The notes beneath the pieces are model-generated. The model searched no databases. It was not told where the DNA came from and was given only the letters and a program-made list of their open reading frames with translations. From Ruminococcus sp. UBA3665 (GTDB lineage Bacteria > Bacillota > Clostridia > Oscillospirales > Ruminococcaceae), in NCBI GenBank assembly GCA_002373165.1, contig DFJS01000067.1, positions 1,380 through 65,379 on the forward strand: a DNA stretch of 64,000 nt, in the 5' to 3' direction. Made by a program: the position numbers and the translations under genes. Shown here one piece after another: positions 53,743 to 63,780 of the stretch (within the stretch, counting starts at the first letter, position 1; each line of letters starts with the position of its first letter).

Positions 53743-55050
53743 ATGTTTTTTCAGAAAGACATCGAAACCATGCCTCGTCAGAAAATTGAGGAAATTCAGC
53801 TTGCACGGCTGAAGCATCAGGTGCAGTACTGCATGGACAATGTGCCGTTTTATCATAAGCGGCTGACCGAAGCCGGCATTACGGCAGATAAAATCAAAAC
53901 TCTGTCAGATATCCAGTATATCCCGTATACGACCAAAGCAGATATCCGGGATCATTATCCTTTCGGGCTGTTTGCCAGACCCATGAAGGAAATTGTCAGA
54001 ATTCATGCTTCCAGCGGCACAACAGGAAAGCCTACTGTTGTGGGCTATACCCGGAATGACCTGAATAACTGGAGCGACTGTGTCGCCCGTCTGTGTGCGG
54101 CTGTCGGCGTAAATGATAACGATATTGCACAGATTTCGTTCGGTTACGGACTGTTTACCGGCGCACTCGGCCTGCATTATGGTCTGGAAAAGCTCGGCTG
54201 TGCCGTGATTCCGATTTCTTCCGGCAATACCCAGAAACAGGCCATGATTCTGAAAGATTTCGGTACCACTGTCCTGATCAGTACCCCGTCCTATGCCATG
54301 TATATGAGTGAAGTTGCCCACGAAATGGGAATTTCTAACGAAGAATTAAAATTACGAATCGGCCTGTTCGGTTCAGAAGGCTGTACCGATGCCCTGAGAG
54401 ATAAAATCGAAAAAGGGTTCGGCCTGTTCTCGACTGATAACTATGGCATGAGTGAACTGATGGGGCCGGGCGTTTCCGGCGAATGTGAATGCCGCTGCGG
54501 TCTGCATTTTGCCGAAGACCATTTTCTGCCGGAAGTCATCAACAGCGAAACAGGCGAAGTCCTTCCCAGAGGCGAAAAAGGCGAACTTGTCGTGACAACT
54601 CTTACCAAAGAAGGCATTCCGCTGCTGCGCTACAGAACCAAAGATATCACCAGAATTCACTATGAAACATGCAAGTGCGGCCGCACTCATGCCCGTATGG
54701 AAAAAGTACAGGGCAGAAGCGACGATATGCTGAAAATCCGCGGCGTGAACGTCTTCCCGTCCCAGATTGAAAGCGTTATGGCCAATATCGAAGGCATTTC
54801 CCCTCACTATGAACTGATTCTTACCAGAAAGAATTATACAGATTATCTGGAAGTCAGAATTGAAATTATTGACGAATCCCTGCTGGAAAAGCTTGAAAAT
54901 CTGGAAAAGCTCCAGAAAGAAGCCGCCGATAAACTCAAAACAGTGCTGGGCATTCAGGCAAAAGTCACGCTGGTTGCACCGAAATCAATTCAGCGTTACG
55001 AAGGCAAGGCCAAGCGCATTATCGACAAAAGAAACGAAACAGAAGAGTAA
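53743..55050 (+). CDS. paaK: phenylacetate--CoA ligase family (PaaK / F390 synthetase-like adenylating enzyme)
   Basis: 435 aa with an MPRQKIEEIQLARLKHQVQY start and the AMP motif ASSGTTGKPTVVGYT. Confidence 0.87.
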   Translation: MFFQKDIETMPRQKIEEIQLARLKHQVQYCMDNVPFYHKRLTEAGITADKIKTLSDIQYIPYTTKADIRDHYPFGLFARPMKEIVRIHASSGTTGKPTVVGYTRNDLNNWSDCVARLCAAVGVNDNDIAQISFGYGLFTGALGLHYGLEKLGCAVIPISSGNTQKQAMILKDFGTTVLISTPSYAMYMSEVAHEMGISNEELKLRIGLFGSEGCTDALRDKIEKGFGLFSTDNYGMSELMGPGVSGECECRCGLHFAEDHFLPEVINSETGEVLPRGEKGELVVTTLTKEGIPLLRYRTKDITRIHYETCKCGRTHARMEKVQGRSDDMLKIRGVNVFPSQIESVMANIEGISPHYELILTRKNYTDYLEVRIEIIDESLLEKLENLEKLQKEAADKLKTVLGIQAKVTLVAPKSIQRYEGKAKRIIDKRNETEE

Positions 55051-55080
55051 TTATTATCTATTTTGGAGGAATTTTATCAC

Positions 55081-56817
55081 ATGAAAGAATTAATGATCGG
55101 CAATGCCGCTGTTGCCCGCGGTCTGTACGAAGCCGGAGTGCAGGTGATCTCCAGCTATCCGGGCACACCCAGCACGGAAATTACAGAATTCGCCGCCACT
55201 TATGACGAAATCTACTGCGAATGGGCACCCAATGAGAAAGTCGCAATGGAAACTGCTTTCGGAGCATCTCTGCGCGGAGTCCGGACAGCCTGTGCCATGA
55301 AGCATGTCGGACTGAATGTCGCCGCCGACCCGCTGTTTACGCTTTCTTATACCGGCGTGACGGGCGGTCTGGTTGTCTGTGTGGCCGATGACCCCGGAAT
55401 GCACTCTTCCCAGAATGAACAGGATTCCCGTCACTACGCCATCGGCGCAAAAGTTCCCATGCTGGAACCGGCTGATTCTGCTGAATGTAAAGAATTTGCA
55501 AAGCTTGCTTTTGAAATTTCTGAAACATTCGATACACCCTGCCTGCTCCGCATGTGTACCAGAATCGCCCATGCACAGAGCGTAGTCGAACTGGAAGACC
55601 GTGTTGTTCCGGAATGTCCTGCTTATGAAAAAAATCCGGCAAAATACATCATGGCTCCCGCGAATGCCATCAAGCGGCATCCTGTTGTGGAAGAGCGTAC
55701 CAGAAAATTAACTGAATATGCCGAAACAGCTTCTGTCAACCGTCTGGAAATCGGCGGTACGCAGATTGGCATTATCACATCCGGGGCATGTTATCAGTAT
55801 GTAAAAGAAGTGTTCGGCGATGCCGTCAGCATTCTGAAGCTTGGCATGGTGAATCCTCTGCCTGTGCAGAAGATCAAGGCATTTGCGCAGATGGTGAACA
55901 AGCTCTATGTTGTGGAAGAACTGGACGGCATTATCGAAACTCACTGCAAGAACATCGGCGTGAATGTAATCGGCAAGGAATTATTCACACCTCTGGGCGA
56001 ATACTCTCAGAAGAGCATTGCGGCGGCATTCGGACTGCCTGCGAAAGAAACAGTCACAGCCGATACGCCTGTGCCGATGCGTCCGCCTGTGATGTGTTCG
56101 GGCTGTCCGCACCGCGGCATGTTCTATGTATTATCGAAGAATAAAATCACAGTTCTGGGGGATATTGGCTGTTATACGCTGGGGTCTGCGGCACCTTTGT
56201 GCGCACTGGATTCGACTTTGTGCATGGGCGCATCGATTTCGGGACTGCATGGATATAATAAGGCATCCAAAGGCGGGACGGAGAATCAGTCTGTAGCAGT
56301 CATCGGCGATTCTACTTTCATGCATTCCGGCATGACCGGACTGGCGAATATTGCCTATAACGGCTCGAATTCGACTGTGATTATTCTGGATAATTCCATC
56401 ACGGGCATGACGGGTCATCAGCAGAATCCGACGACAGGCTATAATATCAAGGGCGATCCTGCGACTAAAATTGATTTAGAGGCTCTGTGTCATGCGCTGG
56501 GCATCAACAGAGTCAGAGTTGTTGACCCCTACAATCTGGACGAATGCGAAAAGGCAGTCAAGGAAGAATTAGCTGTTGCAGAGCCTTCTGTGATTATTTC
56601 GCGCCGTCCGTGCGTATTATTGAAGTATGTCAAGCCGAAAAAGCCTGTAGTTGTCGATAAAGACAAGTGCAGAAGCTGCAAACGCTGCATGAAGCTGGGC
56701 TGTCCGTCAGTTCATATTGATGCCGACGGCAAGGCCGGAATTGATAATACTCTCTGCGTGGGCTGCGGTGTCTGTGAACAGCTCTGTCCGTTCGATGCGA
56801 TTCATGATGGTGAATAA
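55081..56817 (+). CDS. iorA: indolepyruvate:ferredoxin oxidoreductase alpha subunit
   Basis: ATG at 55081 after a GGAGGA RBS. SYPGTPSTEI, a TPP-binding region, and a C-terminal 2x[4Fe-4S] CRSCKRCMKLGCP...CVGCGVCEQLCP. Confidence 0.88.
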   Translation: MKELMIGNAAVARGLYEAGVQVISSYPGTPSTEITEFAATYDEIYCEWAPNEKVAMETAFGASLRGVRTACAMKHVGLNVAADPLFTLSYTGVTGGLVVCVADDPGMHSSQNEQDSRHYAIGAKVPMLEPADSAECKEFAKLAFEISETFDTPCLLRMCTRIAHAQSVVELEDRVVPECPAYEKNPAKYIMAPANAIKRHPVVEERTRKLTEYAETASVNRLEIGGTQIGIITSGACYQYVKEVFGDAVSILKLGMVNPLPVQKIKAFAQMVNKLYVVEELDGIIETHCKNIGVNVIGKELFTPLGEYSQKSIAAAFGLPAKETVTADTPVPMRPPVMCSGCPHRGMFYVLSKNKITVLGDIGCYTLGSAAPLCALDSTLCMGASISGLHGYNKASKGGTENQSVAVIGDSTFMHSGMTGLANIAYNGSNSTVIILDNSITGMTGHQQNPTTGYNIKGDPATKIDLEALCHALGINRVRVVDPYNLDECEKAVKEELAVAEPSVIISRRPCVLLKYVKPKKPVVVDKDKCRSCKRCMKLGCPSVHIDADGKAGIDNTLCVGCGVCEQLCPFDAIHDGE

Positions 56818-56846
56818 TTAAAAATTTCTGAATCGGGGGAAATTTC

Positions 56847-57326
56847 ATGATGTTCGATATGATTTTTTCAGGGCTGACATTTCTGGCTGGAATGCTGTTA
56901 TTTGCTTACACACTCATCTGTCTGCCCTTGACTTACAGAAAAGCGAAGAAATCCGGCATTGTGAAATTTCACTTCCGGCACGGCAGATTTTATTATATTC
57001 TGGGGTCGGTTGTGATTTTCTGGGGAATTGCACTGCTGACTTACTATATTCAGCAGGCAGATTTCTGGCATGTGATATTTTATATCGGCTATATATTGGT
57101 AATGATTATCTGTGCAGTTTCTGAAATGGGATATATCACAAATGACGGCTGGTATGGCATTAATGACAAACATCCGCGGAAACTCATCAGCAAAACCGGA
57201 AATCATGAACTCTGGTTTTATTTTGCAGGAAGCAAAAATAACTATCTGTTTCTGCATATTCCCGATACCCCCGAAAACCGACAGAAATTCAGAGAATTAC
57301 TAATCAGGAAAGAAGAATTGTTATGA
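56847..57326 (+). CDS. hypothetical membrane protein (4 TM) inserted between iorA and iorB
   Basis: 159 aa with a GGGGGAAA RBS and hydrophobic helices. Confidence 0.55.
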   Translation: MMFDMIFSGLTFLAGMLLFAYTLICLPLTYRKAKKSGIVKFHFRHGRFYYILGSVVIFWGIALLTYYIQQADFWHVIFYIGYILVMIICAVSEMGYITNDGWYGINDKHPRKLISKTGNHELWFYFAGSKNNYLFLHIPDTPENRQKFRELLIRKEELL

Positions 57327-57739
57327 GCGATATTTTTGGTAATTATGAGATACCCAAAGAGAAAAAAGAACTTGCTGTATATTATAGATATCATGGGTGC
57401 AACTGCTGTCAGGCCGTTCTGTTTGCATTCTCCGATAAACTGAATCTGTCAGGAGAGCAGCTCAAGCAGATGGGCGCGGCATTCGGGTTAGGCATGGGCG
57501 GTATGGAAGGCACATGCGGCGCACTCTGTGCGGCAGAAATGCTCTTAGGCCTGAAACAGTTTCAGCAGGGAAAGCCCGTAAGAAGTACAGCACAGAAAAT
57601 GCATCAGTATTTTACAGAAAAATCCGGCGCATCCATCTGCAAAGACCTGAAAGGCATCGAAACAGGAACTATGCTCTGTTCCTGTGATGACTGCGTCCGG
57701 AATGCAGTGGAATCGGCAGAAAAATATATTTTTAACTAA
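57323..57739 (+). CDS. C_GCAxxG_C_C family (putative redox-active) protein
   Basis: 138 aa with HGCNCCQAV...GTCGALCAAEMLLG...CSCDDCV. ATGA overlap with the previous ORF. Confidence 0.75.
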   Translation: MSDIFGNYEIPKEKKELAVYYRYHGCNCCQAVLFAFSDKLNLSGEQLKQMGAAFGLGMGGMEGTCGALCAAEMLLGLKQFQQGKPVRSTAQKMHQYFTEKSGASICKDLKGIETGTMLCSCDDCVRNAVESAEKYIFN

Positions 57740-57760
57740 TCAGTCAGGAGGAAATTTTTC

Positions 57761-58339
57761 ATGAATACAAAAGGCATTGTCATTGCCGGAGTCGGCGGTC
57801 AGGGTTCTTTGCTGGCAAGCAAGCTCTTAGGCCGGGTGCTGGTCAACGAAGGCTATGACATCAAAGTTTCGGAAGTTCATGGCATGAGTCAGCGCGGCGG
57901 CTCGGTCATTACTTATGTCAGATACGGCGATAAGGTGTATTCCCCTGTCGTACAGTCCGGCGAAGCGGATTATATTATCTCGTTCGAGCGAATCGAGGCC
58001 GCAAGATATGCCCATCTGCTGAAAAAGGGCGGCGTGATTATCACGAATACACAGAGAATCGACCCGATGCCTGTCATCACAGGAGCGGCAGAATATCCGG
58101 AGCAGATTCTGGAAGAACTCACAGCAAAGGGCGTGCAGATTGAAGCTATGGATGCTCTCACGCTTGCCGAAGAAGCCGGTTCTTCCAAGGCTGTGAATAT
58201 TGTCCTGATGGGACAGCTGGCAAAGCATTTTCATATTGAATATGACAAATGGATCGAAGCTCTGGAACAGACAGTCAAGCCCAGGTTTGTGGAATTGAAT
58301 AAAAAGGCATTCAAGCTGGGATATGAATTCTCGGCATAA
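57761..58339 (+). CDS. iorB: indolepyruvate:ferredoxin oxidoreductase beta subunit
   Basis: 192 aa with IVIAGVGGQGSLLASKLLG. Confidence 0.87.
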   Translation: MNTKGIVIAGVGGQGSLLASKLLGRVLVNEGYDIKVSEVHGMSQRGGSVITYVRYGDKVYSPVVQSGEADYIISFERIEAARYAHLLKKGGVIITNTQRIDPMPVITGAAEYPEQILEELTAKGVQIEAMDALTLAEEAGSSKAVNIVLMGQLAKHFHIEYDKWIEALEQTVKPRFVELNKKAFKLGYEFSA

Positions 58340-58378
58340 TAATATTTTTAATGATAAAACCCGAAGGAGGAATTTTTT

Positions 58379-58807
58379 ATGACAGCCAATCAGCTTTCTA
58401 TCTTCATGGAGAACAAGCCCGGTCAGCTGGTAAAAGTGACCGAGGAACTCAAAGAAGCAGGAATTGACATCCGTGCCATGTCGCTGGCCGATACCAAAGA
58501 TTTCGGCATTGTGCGCATGATTGTCAGCGACTGCGACAAAGCACAGCAGGCCCTGAAGGCAAAAGGATTCATGTCTACTATTACAAAAGTTCTGTGCGTA
58601 GCCATGACCGATCACCCCGGCGGCCTGAGTGCCGTGACAAAACTGCTTGCCGAAGCCGATGTTAATATCGATTATCTTTATGCCTGCATTACAGTAGTCG
58701 GCAAAGATGCCTATATTGTCATGCATGTGGATGACGAGAAAAAAGCATCTGATATTCTGGCCAAGGCCGGCATCAGACTGGTTTCTGATTTGCAGACAGT
58801 TGTCTGA
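58379..58807 (+). CDS. tandem ACT-domain protein
   Basis: 142 aa. LSIFMENKPGQLVKVTEELKEAGIDIRAMSLAD plus a second ACT repeat. This is a common partner of paaK/ior clusters. Confidence 0.8.
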   Translation: MTANQLSIFMENKPGQLVKVTEELKEAGIDIRAMSLADTKDFGIVRMIVSDCDKAQQALKAKGFMSTITKVLCVAMTDHPGGLSAVTKLLAEADVNIDYLYACITVVGKDAYIVMHVDDEKKASDILAKAGIRLVSDLQTVV

Positions 58808-58822
58808 ACCTGCTTTCCGGAA

Positions 58823-58852
58823 AGCCCCTGTCTCTGCACAGGGGCTTTTTTG
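58823..58852 (+). terminator. intrinsic terminator
   Basis: AGCCCCTGT/ACAGGGGCT stem followed by TTTTTT. Confidence 0.8.
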
Positions 58853-58967
58853 TCAGAAATTTAAAAATTTCAGTAAAATCTATGTAAAAACTATTCCATT
58901 TTCAGAAAAATTGTGCTATAATAAAACTGATGCTGATTTTATCACAAAAATTGGAGGTATTCTGTTT

Positions 58968-61019
58968 ATGATTCAGCCTTATTATATGAACCGTGAACTG
59001 TCATGGATTAAATTCAATGAACGTGTTCTGGAAGAAGCCGAAGACCAGAGTGTTCCGCTGCTGGAACAGCTTAGTTTTTCGGCAATTTATCAAAGCAATC
59101 TGGACGAGTTTGTACAGGTGCGCATCGGCACGATGCTCGACCGGGACAAAACCGAATCCGGCCATAAAAAGAAAGATTCCCGTTCCGGCATGAAGCCCGG
59201 AAAACAGCTGAAAGCTATGCTTGCCGAGATCAGTGCCCTGCTTCCGCGCAAAGACCGGGCTTATTTCAATACAATGGACAAACTCCGGGAATACGGCATT
59301 GTTCATGTGACATTTGCCGATGCCACGCCGGAAGAAAAAATATTTCTGGAACAGTATTTCAAACGGGAGGTCAAAGTGTTGCTTTCTCCGATTGTGCTGG
59401 ATAAGCGGCAGCCTTTTCCGTTTCTGAAAAACAAGGCGATTTATGTCGCTGTACATCTGGCATCAAAATCCGGCGTAAGAATGGGAATTATCCCGGCAGG
59501 CGGCTCGGACAGGATTATCCGCCTTGGCAAATCCGGCAGATTTCTGCTGCTGGAAGACCTGATTCTGCATTTTGTGCCGCAGATTTTCAAAAATGACAAA
59601 GTGCTGGATGCCGCTGTGATTCGTGTGACCCGCAGCGGAGCAATCAGTTTTGAAAGTTCGGCATCGGATGAAACTACTGATTTCCGGGATACTATGAAAG
59701 AACTCATCCGCCGCCGCAGCAAGCGCGAAGCCGTCCGGCTCCAGATGAACAGTATGCTGGACGAAGCGGCACTGCATTATCTGCTGAAAAAATTAAAATT
59801 ATCAGAAAACCAGCTGTTTCTGGAGCAAACGCCGCTTGACCTGTCGTTTGTTTATCAGCTGGGAGATTTCAATCCTGCCCCGGAATTGAAATTCCCGCCG
59901 CAGAAACCTCAGAACCGCCCGGATATTGCACCGAAAACAGATATGATGTCGCAGATTGCCGATCATGATATTCTGCTGTCTTATCCGTATGAATCTATTT
60001 CGCCGTTTCTGCGCCTGCTGGACGAGGCTTCTATCGACCCGGATGTAGTATCTGTCAAGATTACGCTTTACCGGCTGGCATCCAACAGCCGTGTGATTGA
60101 TGCGCTTTGTCAGGCTGCCGAAAACGGCAAGGATGTGCTGGTTCTGGTAGAACTCCGCGCAAGATTTGACGAGTCGAATAATATTTTCTGGGCGGAACGT
60201 CTGCTCGATGCCGGATGTACTGTTATTTACGGCCCGCATAATATGAAAGTGCATTCCAAACTGCTGTGGATTACCAGAAAAACCGAAAACGGCGTAGAAA
60301 ATTTTGTTCAGGTGGGAACAGGAAATTATAACGAGAAAACTTCCAGAATTTATACAGATCTTTCTCTGATGACGGCCAATCCCGAAATTGCCGAAGATGC
60401 CCGTCATGTATTCGATGCGCTTTCGACTGACAGTCTTGTGGAACAGACTAAACAGCTGCTGGTGGCACCGCTTTGTCTGAAATCCAGAATTCTGGAAATG
60501 CTGGATGAAGAAATTGCCCATGCCAGAAACGGCGAAGAAGCTTATTTTGCTGCCAAGGTTAATTCTGTCAGTGACAGGCAGATTATGGACAAAATGGCCG
60601 AAGCCTCACAGGCAGGCGTAAAAATAGAACTGGTTGTCCGGGGCATCTGCTGCCTGAAGCCAGGCGTGCCGGGCCATACGGAAAATATCAGAATCGTCAG
60701 CATTGTAGGGCGTTATCTGGAGCACAGCCGGATTTATATTTCCGGTACAGAACAGCGGCGCAGAGTTTATATCAGTTCTGCCGATTTCATGACAAGAAAT
60801 ACGGTACATCGTGTAGAAGTAGCCGCACCCTTGCTGGATCCCGCACTCCGGGAACAGGCAGTCGAAATTGTCAGACTTTGTCTTTCTGATAATGTCAAGG
60901 CAAGAATCGGCCAGCCGGACGGCAGTTTTCTGCATTGTGATTCTGTAACGGATGATACGGCTGTCTGTGCACAGGATGTGCAGTACCGCCGCGCCGCTGC
61001 CAGAGCCGGACAAAACTGA
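58968..61019 (+). CDS. ppk: polyphosphate kinase 1
   Basis: ATG at 58968 after a GGAGGT RBS. YMNRELSWIKFNERVLEEA, and PLD-like HSK motifs (KVHSKLLWI). Confidence 0.92.
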   Translation: MIQPYYMNRELSWIKFNERVLEEAEDQSVPLLEQLSFSAIYQSNLDEFVQVRIGTMLDRDKTESGHKKKDSRSGMKPGKQLKAMLAEISALLPRKDRAYFNTMDKLREYGIVHVTFADATPEEKIFLEQYFKREVKVLLSPIVLDKRQPFPFLKNKAIYVAVHLASKSGVRMGIIPAGGSDRIIRLGKSGRFLLLEDLILHFVPQIFKNDKVLDAAVIRVTRSGAISFESSASDETTDFRDTMKELIRRRSKREAVRLQMNSMLDEAALHYLLKKLKLSENQLFLEQTPLDLSFVYQLGDFNPAPELKFPPQKPQNRPDIAPKTDMMSQIADHDILLSYPYESISPFLRLLDEASIDPDVVSVKITLYRLASNSRVIDALCQAAENGKDVLVLVELRARFDESNNIFWAERLLDAGCTVIYGPHNMKVHSKLLWITRKTENGVENFVQVGTGNYNEKTSRIYTDLSLMTANPEIAEDARHVFDALSTDSLVEQTKQLLVAPLCLKSRILEMLDEEIAHARNGEEAYFAAKVNSVSDRQIMDKMAEASQAGVKIELVVRGICCLKPGVPGHTENIRIVSIVGRYLEHSRIYISGTEQRRRVYISSADFMTRNTVHRVEVAAPLLDPALREQAVEIVRLCLSDNVKARIGQPDGSFLHCDSVTDDTAVCAQDVQYRRAAARAGQN

Positions 61020-61057
61020 TGCTCTTCCCCCTTTGCTGACAAGAAAGGAGAAAACTT

Positions 61058-62455
61058 ATGCCCGAACATGAACAGGATTTGGAAGATTCTTCCGGAAAGT
61101 CCTCTTTTCAGGAACAGTTTTCCCGGTTTATCTGGACGTTTCTGATTATTGCGGCCTCTATTTTATTTTATTATTTAATTCAGTATCTGGGAAATATTTC
61201 CGATTTTTTTGTCAAGGTTCTCAAAGGCATCAGCCCGGTAATCTGGGGGCTGATTCTGGCCTATCTGCTGGAACCGATCGCAAGCTTCTGGGAGCGCAAT
61301 CTTCGGGAATGGCGTTTGCCCAAAAGCAAGGATAAAGAAAAGACAGCCCGGAATCTGCATGTGCTTTCTGCCGTGCTGATGGTAGTTTCGGCTATAGTAA
61401 TGATTGCCACGCTGCTGCTGCTGATTGTGCCGCAGGTTTCGGCGAGTATCAGCGGCCTGATCAAGACACTGCCTTCCCAGATGGAAAGTCTGGCGGAAAG
61501 CCTGCGGAACAAGAAATTATTTGATAATAATACTTCTGCCGGAGCACTGGCAAATAATCTTGCGCTGAAAGCGTTTCAGTCTGCCGATAAATGGATTACG
61601 ACAGAAGTCACTTCACAGCTGAATAATATTATCAATTATTTTTATACAATCGGAAAAAGCCTGTTTTCTATTATTTATAATCTGGTAGTCGGACTGATTT
61701 TATCCATGTATATTACGATTGATAAGGCGAAATTAAGCCGTCAGGTCAGAAAAATCACGTACAGCATTTTCTCGCGCGAAGCGGCATTCAAGATGCGCCG
61801 TGCCATCGGCCGCGGCAACGAGAAATTCAGCGCAGCAATCCGGGGAAAGATGGTAGATTCTCTGCTGATTGGCATAATTTGCTTTTTTCTTCTGACGATT
61901 CTTAATTTTCTGCCGTGGTTTAATTTTCCGTATCCTGTGCTGCTGGCAGTGATTGTAGGCGTGACGAATGTCGTGCCGTTTTTCGGGCCTATTGTAGGCG
62001 GCGTGATTACAGCGATTCTTGTCCTGTTTGACAATCCCCGCATGGTAATTCCTTACGGAATTGTCATTGTTGTGCTCCAGCAGTTCGATGCCAATTATCT
62101 GGACCCGCATATGGTCGGCAGTTCAATCGGACTGCGGCCGTTCTGGTCAATTACGGCGGTACTGCTGGGCAGCAGCATTCTGGGCGTACCGGGATTTATC
62201 CTGGGGCCTCCTGTAGTAGCATTTATTTACGAAGTAATCCGGGAATGGTCAGATGACAAGCTCCGTTCCAAGGATATGGCAGAAGAATTCGGCATAGATC
62301 CGCTGGATACTGCCAATCCGTTTGAAGATTTTTCCAAAAGCGATCCTTATGGCATTCAAAAACAGAATCAGCTGGAAAAGGACTTCAAAAAAGCAATCCG
62401 CAGTGCCGGCAATGCAATTTCGGGACTGGTGCAGAAAATCAGTCAGAAAAAATAA
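61058..62455 (+). CDS. AI-2E family transporter (PerM/UPF0118)
   Basis: 465 aa, polytopic, with VVPFFGPIVGGV and QQFDANYLDPHMVGSSIGLRPF. Confidence 0.82.
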   Translation: MPEHEQDLEDSSGKSSFQEQFSRFIWTFLIIAASILFYYLIQYLGNISDFFVKVLKGISPVIWGLILAYLLEPIASFWERNLREWRLPKSKDKEKTARNLHVLSAVLMVVSAIVMIATLLLLIVPQVSASISGLIKTLPSQMESLAESLRNKKLFDNNTSAGALANNLALKAFQSADKWITTEVTSQLNNIINYFYTIGKSLFSIIYNLVVGLILSMYITIDKAKLSRQVRKITYSIFSREAAFKMRRAIGRGNEKFSAAIRGKMVDSLLIGIICFFLLTILNFLPWFNFPYPVLLAVIVGVTNVVPFFGPIVGGVITAILVLFDNPRMVIPYGIVIVVLQQFDANYLDPHMVGSSIGLRPFWSITAVLLGSSILGVPGFILGPPVVAFIYEVIREWSDDKLRSKDMAEEFGIDPLDTANPFEDFSKSDPYGIQKQNQLEKDFKKAIRSAGNAISGLVQKISQKK

Positions 62456-62458
62456 AAA

Positions 62459-62497
62459 AATTCCCCCTTTTGTCGGACAATCGGGGGAATTTTTTCA
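62459..62497 (+). terminator. intrinsic terminator
   Basis: AATTCCCCC/GGGGGAATT stem followed by TTTTT. Confidence 0.8.
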
Positions 62498-62526
62498 GGA
62501 TTATTAAAATTTTTATCAAAAAGCTA

Positions 62527-62555
62527 TTGACAAATCAGGAAGAGTGTGCTATAAT
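62527..62555 (+). promoter_or_regulatory. promoter of the cysK-like operon
   Basis: TTGACA-17 nt-TATAAT with an extended TG. Confidence 0.7.
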
Positions 62556-62635
62556 ATATTCATACTAATCAGATAGGATATTAGTGCTATCTAAGTCATC
62601 CGGATGAACCGGTTTTTGAAAGGAGTTTTTCTATC

Positions 62636-63565
62636 ATGAGTAGAATTTATCAGCGTTTCAGCGATTTAATCGGCAATACTCCTCTGCTGGAACTGAAAAC
62701 AATTGAGAAAAATAATCAGCTTCAGGCTACTATTCTGGGCAAACTGGAATATTTCAACCCGGCAGGCTCTGTCAAGGACAGAATCGCCAAAGCAATGATT
62801 GATGATGCCGAGGCCAAAGGTCTGCTGAAACCGGGCAGTGTTCTGATCGAACCCACCAGCGGCAATACCGGAATCGGTCTGGCTGCCGTTGCTGCCGCAA
62901 GAGGTTACAGACTGATTATCACAATGCCCGAAACAATGAGTATCGAACGCCGCAATCTCATGAAGGCTTATGGTGCAGAACTGGTGCTGACCGAAGGTGC
63001 CAAGGGCATGAAGGGCGCAATTGCCAAAGCTCAGGAACTTGCTGCGGAAATTGCAGACAGCTTTATTCCGTCACAGTTCACCAATCCGGCCAACCCTGCT
63101 GTGCATGAAAAAACTACAGGTGTAGAAATCTGGAACGATACTGACGGCAAAGTAGATATCTTTGTTGCCGGAGTCGGTACCGGCGGTACTATCACTGGTG
63201 TGGGAACTTATCTGAAAGCACAGAACCCGGATGTCAAAGTAGTTGCCGTTGAACCGAAAGGCTCTCCTGTTCTGAGTGAAGGTGTTTCCGGCCCTCATAA
63301 AATCCAGGGCATCGGCGCAGGTTTTGTTCCGGAAACTCTGAATACAGATATTTATGACGAAGTAATTGCAGTAGAAAACGAAGATGCTTTTGAAACCGGC
63401 AGACTGATTGCAAGAAGTGAAGGCGTGCTGGTAGGCATTTCTTCCGGCGCAGCAGTATGGGCAGCCATTCAGCTGGCAAAACGCCCCGAAAACAAGGGCA
63501 AGACAATCGTTGCACTGCTGCCTGATACAGGCGAACGTTATCTCTCTACCCCCATGTTTGAATAA
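62636..63565 (+). CDS. cysK: cysteine synthase A / O-acetylserine sulfhydrylase family (an MccA-type cystathionine beta-synthase cannot be excluded)
   Basis: 309 aa with [19 protein letters not shown] (PLP lysine), SGNTG and [10 protein letters not shown]. Confidence 0.85.
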   Translation: MSRIYQRFSDLIGNTPLLELKTIEKNNQLQATILGKLEYFNPAGSVKDRIAKAMIDDAEAKGLLKPGSVLIEPTSGNTGIGLAAVAAARGYRLIITMPETMSIERRNLMKAYGAELVLTEGAKGMKGAIAKAQELAAEIADSFIPSQFTNPANPAVHEKTTGVEIWNDTDGKVDIFVAGVGTGGTITGVGTYLKAQNPDVKVVAVEPKGSPVLSEGVSGPHKIQGIGAGFVPETLNTDIYDEVIAVENEDAFETGRLIARSEGVLVGISSGAAVWAAIQLAKRPENKGKTIVALLPDTGERYLSTPMFE

Positions 63566-63603
63566 TAATAATTAAAAAATTTTTCTGAAAGGAGTTGTTT
63601 CTC

Positions 63604-63702
63604 ATGTTCTATACTGTTATTCTGAATGCATGTTGTTGCTGTTGTTCTGAAAATAACTGGATATTTACAAGGCAGAGAAACAGCTCTCACGTTTCAGGAT
63701 AA
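63604..63702 (+). CDS. candidate leader peptide with five consecutive Cys codons
   Basis: A GAAAGGAG RBS lies 8 nt upstream of the ATG. The product is MFYTVILNACCCCCSENNWIFTRQRNSSHVSG, with TGT TGT TGC TGT TGT at 63631-63645. Confidence 0.55.
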   Translation: MFYTVILNACCCCCSENNWIFTRQRNSSHVSG

Positions 63703-63735
63703 TTATTTTTATGGATATCATTCTGAATTTTGGCG

Positions 63736-63768
63736 GAGTGCGCAGTTTTCTGCGTGCTCTGTTTTTTT
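63736..63768 (+). terminator. intrinsic terminator (attenuator) upstream of the Cys/Met PLP gene
   Basis: GAGTGCGCAG-TTTT-CTGCGTGCTC (10 bp, 2 G-U pairs) followed by TGTTTTTTT. It ends 27 nt before the next start codon. Confidence 0.75.
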
Positions 63769-63780
63769 GTGCAGTTTTGA

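Noticed and set aside
63604-63702. CCCCC peptide as a RiPP or bacteriocin precursor, or a metal-binding micropeptide
   Set aside because: There are no modification, transport or immunity genes nearby. Its position inside a Cys-metabolism operon, immediately followed by a terminator, fits a regulatory leader better. This reading is not formally excluded.
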